Source: Tubiluchus corallicola
Lineage: Eukaryota > Animalia > Priapulida
NCBI GenBank assembly: GCA_030141605.1
Contig: JAQGDQ010000023.1
Coordinates: forward strand, 434,001-498,000
Direction: 5' to 3'
Length of the DNA: 64,000 nucleotides
Within the stretch, counting starts at the first letter, position 1. Each line of letters starts with the position of its first letter. A program made the translations under genes and the position numbers. The notes under the pieces are model-generated. The model saw only the letters and a list, made by a program, of their open reading frames with translations. It did no database searches and was not told the origin of the DNA. Shown in pieces: positions 11,401-23,400 of this stretch.

Positions 11401-14400
11401 GCATAGTAAAGGCTGATTCATACCCGCGTCGAAAGTGTCAAGTTCTGCACCCTCATCACGTTTTCCCTCTTCAGGGCAACCCGCGGCCTTGAGAATGGCA
11501 GTAATTAAAACAGCCCGTCTCGAAGTAGGGTCGACTAAGAGATGTAGTTCTGCTACAATATTCTGCAACTGCTCTTTATTAAGAGTCATTAACTCTGAAA
11601 GTTTGTATCTAACATCAGACATTTTTATACTTTGCAAGATGACTACAGACTGCCAAGTAGGTACACAAAGTAAGGAGTAAATCTATGTTTAACCACTCTC
11701 ACTCACTCTCACTTTACACATCAGCGTTAGCTACTATCAACCGACTTTTTGGCAGGGCAAAAATAATTTATGCGAAATGTTAAAAGCAAGTTTGGAAAAA
11801 TAATCTTATTAAACCGTTTTCGCTGCTGTTATAACTGCTGCGAAACCACGTTCAAGTTTTGGCGACCTTGAACCAGCTATCTGCCCGACCCGGACAAAAT
11901 ATTTTTCTCACAACTTGATTTTATAAACAAGCAGCAAAGCTAACGTATGAGCAAGGTAAAATTGACCTAGAAATGGCTATACCTAGTGTAGAGAAACAGA
12001 TTAGATTATACAGCCTGTACTGAATAAATTCTTGGGAAAATTCCAGTGAATTAACGTGATATCTTTCACAGTTACCAAAAGCTTACAAGACGCTTAATCA
12101 GTTTAAGCAAATTACTAATATTTATGCAACAGGTTGAAAATTATGACAGTTTCACAACCAACGTAGCAGTTCCACTGCATTTAAGTGCTAATAGGAAGGC
12201 AATATCAATTATATACTATTAATATTAAACTCGGTAAAACTTCTGACACCAATGTAACATTTGAACATAATGTGCCCATATTAGGCATTAAGTAATTATC
12301 GTTACCTGAGTAAAACAATTAAATCCACATCGTTACTGCAATGAATCAGTCTAATTTAGCTGACAAATAACATAGTAACATATGAATATTGTAATACTTC
12401 TTGCGCTCACGTGACGTCCTGCATACAAGGCGAGGTCTCCTCCAGTACTTGGGTAAGACCGGTCCTTCCTCACGCACGTTGTGGTAATGCAGCAGAATTC
12501 GGTTTACACAGCTTTCCCTCCAACAGGCCGGACACGTAGTAGAGTCTCTGGAGATCGGATAATGAGAAGATCATCTCCTCCGAGTTCCCACACAGAACGG
12601 AAGCGATTTAGATCATCGAACGTGAAGTCAAAGGTGACAATATCTTTATCCAACGAGGAGGTGATTAGGCTATGTAACGAATGCCTAATTTAACAAATGT
12701 CTCTCAGCAGTTGCGTAACTGACGAGGTTTCACCAACAAAAGAGGAACAGCGTTCACCAATGAATAAAAAGAACATAGTAATGAACAAACCATCCATTTT
12801 CTTGTTCAATCATCGTAAAAGAAACCATGATATAGTTATATCAGACCATTTTTCAACACGGCCATTCTACTCTCCCCGCCACGTAGGCCAATATGTCTAA
12901 TATCCAGCCCTCAAAAGCTAGCCGACCAATCAGAAACGAGTTCTGGGTGAAGTGACCTCAGTAGTACAGCGACGAAGCTTTCACATTTGTTCAAACACGG
13001 GCATAATATTATCATGGAAAAAATTGTTGCTAAACGTATTTTCGCTTGAAAAATACAAGTCATGTTGAAACGAAACGAATTTCATCTTCTTCTGCCCAAT
13101 TACATATTTAAGGTAGCTTAACAGAAAAAGGCTTCATTTAATGATAACTTCATCGAAAATAATGCTACTCTTGACTAAAGATGGCAGCACAAGATTGGAA
13201 CATAAAAATCAATACATCAATATTATCAATCATTAGGTAAACAATTCGTGATACCGTTAAGATTAATACTTAAAGTGAAAAATAATTAGTTGCAGTAATC
13301 TGCTGGATGGGGGACCATCACAGCTACAATACAGCTAGCCACACTGGTGATTGCAAAGTACTTTCTTCATCAGTCATACTAAAAAGCTGGCATTCTGTAA
13401 AGAATATGTTTGCTTTCTCTGGAATATTCACACTACAGTGACTTGCAACTTAAAGCAAGACTGTTCTGAAACCTACTTCATGAACTCCTTTTTCTTGTTT
13501 CTCTTTTGATACACAAGTCAGAATAAGGAATTAGAGTGGGAAGTTAGAGCCATCCTGAAGATGTCAAACATGAGAGTTAGGGGATTTACAGCAGTGCATC
13601 GATGCTATCTAATACACTCAGCAGCAAGGTGAGGAACATTCAAAGAAATGAATGTATTACATGTATCCCCTGCTGCTTTAAAAAATTAAAGAAAGGCTGT
13701 ATCTAGCTGTTTCACTCCCAGTATGAATAAGGCAAAATGCCACAAATTAAGTTGAGTTCTCTAGACAGGATTACCTACCTATCATCAAGTATAACAAAAT
13801 ATAATGTAAACATAAAGGCGCTGTGTTTTCTAACTCCGTGTTTATCATACCGAAATACGAGATGTGTGTAAACCATCTGGCGACACGCATAAGTTTTTGG
13901 GACATATAGCAACTGAGGAGGTCGTCCTATTTTAGGTACTGTTTTTGAGAATGATTGACAGTCGGCTATTAAAATTTTACAAAAATTTGAAGACTTTGTC
14001 TAGCCCTCTTTAACTCTGAAAATATAATCTGTTGCTTATTACAGATTCCGGTTTTCAACCCACCACCCTTTTAAATTTTGTTTTGGGTCACACGGTATGT
14101 TAGAGAAAAAGACTTGATGGAGTTCACTGATTTATAGTATATGCTCTATAAATTTTGTGAGTGATATACTGCATAGCTAGTGAGACACTTCTCACTGTCT
14201 GTATCACTGCCTGAATGGTCTAGACACCCCGAGGGCATAAAGGGATGTGATTCCTCGCCTTGCTCAAGTGGGTTAGGGTTGTAAATGAACAAAAGATAAT
14301 CCAAACATAAACACGCTGTGTTTTCTGACTCTCATTTTTGACATCTAGATCGGTCTTGACATCTGACACAAGGTCATTCTCTTTGGCAAAATATGGATTT

Positions 14401-17364
14401 CCCAGGGGTGCCCCCTAGTCAAATAATGTCAAACATTTTTCACATCTAAACTTCCTACGACAAGTGCTGATATTTTTGGCAATTTCTAGGGTATACATAT
14501 TTGAGCACAGGATTATTACATTGTCCAAAAAAATTGTCACCAATCACCTAACATCTACACTTATCATTTTTCTAGATAAAACCTGCCTTTATAACATTAT
14601 AGCTCCAATTGTCAGAATTCTGACGTGGAGCCCTGGGAAGTCAGGGGATGTAAAGAACCAACGTGCTCTCAGTTGTGTTGGTTGTTGAAATACGGCGAGA
14701 AAATATGCAACTCATGAAAATACGTGTGTATGAACAAATCAAATTAATCAGTATCAATATATCTATACCCAACTCAAACAAGTATTGCACATTGTATACT
14801 TTAAAATAAAGTATGTGCTTTATTTGCATTAAGTAATTGTTATTTATTCCCCCATTTACCTTGCGTTAGCGTCCACTTCTTCACGTATTGAGGTTGCGGC
14901 GGCAATGCAATGAACTCAAAAGTGACGACTCCGCCTACTGTTGCATATTCACGAAGATTGGTTTCAAATGGATGCAAAAAACCACCACCACATTCTTCTA
15001 GATAATGAACAATAAATAAGGCAGAATAAGATTATTATTTTTCCATAAATTACTATTCCGTGTCCATCAGCCTAAAAGGGAAAAAAACAAAGTATATTTT
15101 TATAATCCTCATATTATTAAATAGCCTTTTTTCCATATATACTTTATATTTTAATGGTAGGACTTATGAGAGTTAAAATGTACATCCAACCAACTACAAG
15201 GACTCAACCAAACAATGACACAGGACATTCAACACAAGAATAGAAACTGACAATTAAGCAATCGCCAAACAGTTTCTCCATATATCAGTGAATTACATTC
15301 TGTGGTCATCAAATTTAAGAAAGCTCCCGAATACCTATTCAGCCATTAATTCTGGTCTGGCCTTTACCTATTCAACAGACCCCCACTCCTCATATTTCAG
15401 ATGCTTCTTGAAAAATGATAATGGAACATTACAAGAGCATTTATACGTGTATTATGGCATAAAAGAATTTAAATAACAGATTACATCATAACAGCCCAAA
15501 ACAACGTACCATCAACAGTAAGTACTGTGGGAGCCAAGCTTTTAGTAACTAATAGTTCATCATCACCAAAGCTGACTCTGCTTTCATCATCTCCTGGAGA
15601 TGATACAGATCTGCTGGAAGCTGATCTTGTTCTGCGAGCTCGGGGTACAGAAATTGTAGAATTTTTCTCTTTAGGCACCTTGCTAGACACAGAAGTTGAA
15701 GACGCTTTCGTTTTGGATCTTCTGGAAACAGACGATTTAGACATCTTCTCTGTAGGTGTCTTAGAATCGGAAACTTGACTCATGTGCGAAACAGCCTGAA
15801 AAGAAATTCTGTTGTAATTACGATATGAAAGTTTCAGAAATCAAATAATTTGCTAAACAATTTAACAAGTCAAGTTAAAATTATATCCAAAACTAATGTC
15901 TAGCAACTTCTACTTTTAAGTCGTGCTGATTTTTTTTATTTCTAACAAAAATCAAACTTGAGTCATTTTTGTGTTGTTAAATGTGTTAATTACAGTTATT
16001 AAGCTTAAGGCCACTTATTCCCCAGACTGCTGGTAGGAATTAATATCTTTAATTGTTCTTGATTCGTCTATGGCCAACTGAAAGGCAGTAGGCATGGTCG
16101 GATCATAACTGTACATTAGGATTTCTAGTAACCTCACATCCATTGATGTCATCATCTCGACAACTCTGACATCATCAACACTGTATCCCTGAATTCAATT
16201 TTACTGAGAAAAGCACATTTTCTTACAAAAAATTAGATTATTCACATCTAAATCACATATTAATTATTGCTAAGAAAATAAAATGCCATAAAATGGCAAA
16301 GCAAAATATAGTAAAATGGGCCAAATTTTACCACACCAGTGCGACCACATTGTGAGTGCTGACATCAAAAGTCCAATAATGGACTAACCATGCCTACTGG
16401 ATCAAGAACAACTAGGGATGGGTATAGCTATCCTGACCAACATCTGAGGAACTAGTGGTCTTATAATTTTATTAACTACTGTAGAAAACAATAAAAATTA
16501 ATTACAGAAAGGGTTGAGCGAACTTCGTCGTTTTTCTGATCAGGAGCAGTCATAGGGTTGGCGCCATTTTTTTCAAACACGTTGCTGGTGGTTAGTTGTA
16601 TTTCTCCAGTCGAATCAATAGTCACATCACCATCTACAATTTCAGCTTTAATGGAACGATCTGTTGCGTCTATAATTAAAGAATTTAGCAAACGAGAATG
16701 AAGTTAAACTTTGATCAAACTATGATCATTTGGTAACAGCTTCTCAGAGTTACATAGTGAAAAAGTTGGTAAGGGGAGGAAGAGAACACCTAGTAATTTA
16801 TCTCTCTTTTAAATAAAATATTACATTGACTAATTGTGATTTAAACTTTGTTAGAAATCTGATTTGAACTTTGAAGTATTAAGTGCTTTACTTAATGAAG
16901 TTATTACCTCCGTATGTATGAGCAGTCAACTGTGTCCTTGGCAGAAAACTGTGTGACAGATGAGAATAATGATCATAGCTTGTGTAAAGAATTCTTGCAG
17001 CAACACTAGCAGTTGTGAGTAACTTTGGTATGTCAAATGTGTACTTCAGCTCTTTGAAAGTATGCGATTTTATCCTATCAACATTAATGTTAACATATTA
17101 TCCAATGATCAAAAAACAACAGTAATGTTTAGTCAGTACAAATCACATAGCAACCAGGCACTTGAGGTTGGCTATGCATGTCTCGTGACAAGCTAAGTGA
17201 GGCTGTTTGTGTATGTCTCTGTTAAGACGCTTGACATTGGTTGTAAAAATCTTCCATCATATGCTTGAGATACGTGATTGATTTTGTCTTAATTACTATT
17301 ACAATTTTTATTAGTCAACAAACAAAAGATAAATATATATATATATATATATAGAAATGAATAA

Positions 17365-17441
<77 letters not shown>

Positions 17442-20400
17442 CGTCATTGCAACATAAGCAGGTGAATAAGTCAGTGAACTTCAACACCTCCATGTCATCA
17501 AAATATCTAAGCTATAGAGTCAATTTTTTACGTGCTATAGTTCATTTTTATTGCGCTTGTAAATAATAATAATTTTGTTATACTTGTATGTACTTTATAT
17601 GACAATAAACTTAAACTTAAACTTAAACTTATTTTTATGACGATACTTATTTGATGACACTTACTTTCTTAGTACAGGACTGGTTGGATTTTTTTTAAAA
17701 AATTTGTACTCAGAAGTGTGAAAGTTATAATCAAATTAAAAAAACACAATTTTGTGGCAGTGCTTAAGAATTTGGCTTACTTTTTTTCAGAAAACAGCAC
17801 TATATATGAAGAAAAAGCAAAACGTGATTATAAACTGGTACAAAATTGCAAAAATAGTGAAGGTGTAAAGGAATCAAATACAGTAGGTGCCGCTAAATAG
17901 ACTCACTTTGGGACCGAAGTGTTTTGAGTCAATTAACCGACTGAACCTATTAACTGAAGGGTATAGTATTACTGGTATAGAAGTATGAGCCATCAGGTTA
18001 GTATGCACTGCATTTTAATGAATTTTAGAAATAAAGTAATGCCTAAATTCTTTTGTGCAGTTAAAAGTTAGAAAAAAAATGTTTTAAAATATTAATTTAT
18101 ATAAGTGAATTAGCAATAAATTAAAAAGTATAGTTTTCTAAATCTCACAAGTCTGTTCATCTGCAAAACTTACAAAAATTTCTTCAAAGTCGGCTGCTTC
18201 ATTTTATCGCGAAGAAGTTGGCTGATAAAGTTCTCATAATGATAAAAACGTTGAAAATCTGTTGTTGTATGATGCACAAATTTTCATACTATACTTAGTG
18301 CTTGGTGTGCTTAAACTGTTGGTGGTGCCGTGTTTTCCCCGCAAGTAGCTTCATCTGTAATTTCAGCTAAGTTCCCGCTTTCTACAATTGTGACGTACTT
18401 GCTGTACTGTACCTGCATCCCTGGCATAACAGCAACATCTAACTGTTAAACTTTCTGGCTAAGACAGCTAGAACTTCAAAAGCAAACCGCTATGCAAGTG
18501 ATTAAATGTTTAGCTTCCAGGAATTCTTGAGTAACAAGGTTAATTGTAATGGACGGGCGGATCAAAGGAAACCATCAGGCTAGCATATTAGCACAGGATA
18601 AACGTTCCTGCTTGCAAACAAAACGGTACTTAACATGATTGTTTTTATATATATTATAGGACAAAAGCAAACTAAGATGATGTAAAAGTCGCAAAAGTTT
18701 ATTAGTCATACAAGTGTCTTACTGAAGCATGTGAAGCAAAAAAGTCAATTATGTAGAATTATTTGAGTCAATTACCGACAGTTCTTATGTACATTTGAAC
18801 AGAAGTGGCTCATACCAGGCATTTTTGAGTCAATTAAGTGATTGAGTCTATTAACCATGAGTTTATTAAGCGGCGCCTACTGTATGTTAGCATTAAGTAT
18901 CATTGTTACAAGTTCCAATACTGGCAACAAAAGGGGTAACACAAAAAGTCACACCAAGAAGCAAAAAAAGTCTAACACAATTACTAATTCACCTAGAACA
19001 ATACTAAATAACAGCGAAGCACAAAATATCACGAAAAATCACTAAAAATGCAGTAGCACTAATAGGACATATTATAGGACTGATTATGTGGTTTTTACTG
19101 ATTATTTCTGCCACTCTGCTGTCTTCTTGTTGATTATCTGGTGTTGTGTATTCTTAGAATTAATGATTACGTTTAGTGATTCTTGTGTTTCTTTCCGCTC
19201 TTCTCCGTTTTGTGGATTGTGTATTAAAGCACTTTTAACCTTTTTTGTTTCTCACCCAGTAGGAAAAACTATTAGTCACAAAGGAGTGAAACATTGTTTC
19301 TTCAATTCTTTCTTATGGACACTTTTTACGGCATTATGGTGTAAGGCAACGGCAAAAAAGATGATTATTTGTCTAAAAAGGCTGGAACAAATCTCACATT
19401 CCTATGACATAACTAATGTCAAAGTGCACCTAGGATTCTTGCTGATATTTCCCCAAATACAAAGTTGAATATGTTGATTGCCATAAACTTTCTCCATATT
19501 CAAAGTATCTGAGTCAGCCAAGTTTGAAGCTTCCTGTAAAAGAACCATTTAAACCAAGTCAAGCATAAGCGTGAAGACGAGTATGCATTTCAATTGGTGT
19601 CATATATTTAAAACGAATAAAAAAATGCACGCTGCTCAAGCTTTTATGTCAGAATGACACTGGCTTTAATAATGTACTATTGTAAGCAGACTACTATATA
19701 TATCTAGTAGAGAATAATCTTAAACAGCTAAAAACAGTATATATTAAACCCAGGTTTTAGGTTTTAATTTGTAATGAGCAAGAAAATTTGTTTTTGCAGT
19801 GATTCCCAGAAATCCCAGCACAGCCGCTAAAAATCAGAAACTTTACAAAGAATTAAAAACATAGTGGAAAGCTCAACGTAAATGAGAACCCATAATATAA
19901 TAAAAATAAAGTATCAATACCAGTAATAGATGATAGGTAGCAGCATCTAGCTTTTCTTGAAGTAAGCTTTGTAATGCCAGTGAAACTTCTTCGCACTCAG
20001 TGCGGAGTTCATTATTGCCCTCGTTAGGTAGGTCAGCAAGCTTGTAATCCAATTCATCTATAAGCTAAATGAAGTTAGAGCTGACGTAAAAATAATAAGA
20101 ACTACAATGAAAACAGGCCTATGCTTTGTCATGAAATTCAGTGCATGGGTAAAAACAAGTTTATTTTGATTTTTTTATCTTGTGTCTTTGAACCAGAAAA
20201 AGCAACTAGCTTATTTTGCCCATTGCAGACCCATCACTGTGCCAAGTTTGGTGAATGAAACTTCTTTTTATTGTACCTGTCCGAAGACCTTAGAGACAGA
20301 TATTGTTGTCACCCTTCTGTCTCGGAAGACAATGGAGTGTGCGCTAAGAGAGTCAGTTATTGATCAAATTGATGGAGCTGCTGCGTCAACTGTGGCTGAG

Positions 20401-23400
20401 CAATCCCGCAAGCCTACAGCACCTGGTATTCCTAGGTGATCACCCATCCAAGTACTAACGAGGCTCTACGTTGCTTAACTTTGGTGATCAGACAAGAACC
20501 GGTGTTTTCAACGTGATATGGCCGTAGACAGACAGATAGACACACACATACCGACAAACATCACTAAATGCGGGTAATCACTTGTTAGAGAAGATAATCA
20601 GAATAAGCTATGCTGAGCTACCAACATTTCATCGCCCCATTGCCCACTAATTATGTGTCAAGAGATGAGACACTGTTTCCTAACAAGAGCTCTTAGACAA
20701 AAAAAATACTTCCCAAAAAGTTGCTCAAGCTTGTAATATCCTGACACTAACTGAAAGCAATCAGCTAATATGCATATCAAGGTCCAAAATTATCCTAGCT
20801 ACAACAACCAAACAACCAGGTGGTCATCCTGTGTGCTCATGTAAAGTCACTAACAGGAAACACTACAACTACACATATTTAGCCAAAATAACTATTTTAT
20901 TGAGAACAGTAAAGAAGTTTCATAGCAACAGACTCATCAGCTTAAGTTGGTAACGTTACAGCGGACTACAACAGGACGCCCAGATTGGGTGGAAGCTAAT
21001 AGTTAAGCAAAAATGCCTATGTCACAAGTAGGATGTAAACAATGCGACAAAGGGGAGTGTTGGCACAGTTGAAGTGCATAGTCACAGCCATAGTGCTCTT
21101 ACACTCAGGTGTAAATTTAAGCAGGGTCAGGTTAGTAAATAGGTCGGTGAATAAAAGAAAGAAAAGTGTTTCTTGTTTCTAAATTTATTTTGTTCATCGT
21201 CCTTAACAGTTCTGTAATGCAATTCAAGTACAGCTTACAGTTGCTTCCAAACTGCACAGTGCGTCAACTGAATGATATCTTAAGTAGTAAATATCTTAAG
21301 CAGTAAATAACATTATATTATACAACACATGAATGGATTACAGCAGGACATATTACTACCTTAAGGACCTTTACGCTTTCGTGTAGAACTGAATCAATGT
21401 GGTCATGAGTGGAATCCTCTCTCCACTGATTTATGTAGGTGTTAATTTCTCCAGGTATGGTTGGATCCGGTAATCCGCAACAATCCATATATCGCTTCCA
21501 CTGAAATATGTAAACACAGATAAAAGATCTCATAAGATTTAACTGACCCAAATTGACTGCTTTGCTTCGGTTTAGTTTACTTTATATTTCTTTACAATAA
21601 TTAATATTTGCTTTTTATTGAAATTGAAACTTGATTTCACAGTTATATTGCAATAACACAGCAATACCTCAGGCACTCATCATGTTTTAATAAATTATAC
21701 TACCGCTTCATCTTTCCGGCGTTTGTCGTTGAAATCATTTAGTTTTGAATTATAGTTATCAAGAAATGTTTCCAATTCAGCATTCTGAACCAACCAGATC
21801 TCATGCTCCTGAAATGTGTAAAAAAAGTATAACAATGCTTTCAACCTAAGCGTAATTTTTCTCTTTTCATACTGCAATATCACACATCTTATCTTTGCCT
21901 TCGCACAAATTCCAAACAATAATTTATAATGGATTAGTAATTAGATTAAATTACAGATTAACAATTGACGTAGTTTTTAAAAAGGAAATTACGTATAAAA
22001 GGAAACTGGAAAACAACAAAGACTTTTTTTAATTTTATTGGTTTCAAACTGCAATTTGTATTCACATTTTAAATATGTATATAGCTCAAGTGATACTTTA
22101 CACTTATGAGTGATAACATGCATATGTAAACCTGTAAAGTATGTAAAATGAAGTACAAATATAAAATTTGTTACTAGTATTCTGCATATCACATTTGCTT
22201 AGTAATTCAATTACTTACAATAGCTTCTTGTTTCCGTCTTTCTTCTGCTTCGACTCGTTCTCGCTCTTGTCGTTCCAACTCCTCCTGTTCTGCTCGAAGC
22301 CTGGCTTCTTCTATACAAGAATTATAAGTGACATTGCATATAGTATATCATAGACAAAGTAGGCACACGACAAGATTATAAAATTTGAAAATCCTTACAG
22401 TTAATGACACAGTATAATAATTTTGCCATTTTTACAAATGATGGTCATAAAATGTTGAAAAATATTCATGTTGAGTGTGTATGTGTATGTGTGTGTGTGT
22501 GCAACTAAAAAAAATGAATATATGAAAAAAATGAAGAACTAGTCAATGAATGCATGAGTGAATAACTCAGGGCAAGACTGAATAAAGCGAAGAAAGAAGG
22601 AAAAAAGAAAGATGAAAAACAAAGAATTTAAGGAAGGAAAGGAAGAAAGAAAGAACGAACAAAAGAAAGAAAGAAAAACAAATAAATTAGAAGCTAATTT
22701 TTAAACAAACAACTTAGCAAATTAGAAACAAATGAAAATCAAACCATTAATTGCAAATAATACCTTCTTCCTGTGCTCTTCTTGCAGCTTCCAATTTTTT
22801 CTTTTTGAGTCTAGCAGCTTTAGAGAGCTTTTTCTTTTTCTTTGGCTAAACAGAGTAATAAAAGACACAATGTAACAAAACTTTTAAATCAAATTACTCA
22901 AAGATGTGATGAAACACGATATGCGTATAATATTCATAGAGATAAATTAATACAGCTGATCATGCAGACAGGTAAAGTAGGTAAGATATATCCCTAATAC
23001 AGATAAAATTAGGTAGATGAAATTACCTATTACCTAACAACCTTGATTTGTGCCATACTGCTGAGTGTTGCTTAATTTGCTTCTAATTAATTGTGAAATT
23101 GATTTTTTATATTGCATGGCATGTTAATTACAGTGCCAGTTATTTTCTTCACAACTTTTGGTTTACATTAGTGACGGCAAATGTCACTGCAACAGCTGCA
23201 CAGTTAAGCTGGTCAGTGTTTAATCTGTTTAGCTTTCCTTTAAAATATTTTAGGTACAGATTAGTATATAGGCATAATAGATGAAGCACTAAAATGCAAT
23301 TCTAGTTAACACATTATTTTTAATTGCCACCAACATTTTTGTTGTATGAATGTTTAATTATTGCTGCATTTGACAGCTTCTCATTCAGTTTTCTATAGCC

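Larger units (their letters stand above)
6075..13322 (-). mobile_element. Gypsy-superfamily LTR retrotransposon, Gmr1-like (IN upstream of RT), RT-deleted, in a DNAI7 intron
   Basis: Two 1070-bp direct repeats bounded by TG...CA. 5-bp TSD GCTAC at 6070-6074 and 13323-13327. PBS and PPT place the element on the minus strand. Internal order is gag-PR-IN followed by an RT/RNase H remnant. Confidence 0.96.
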
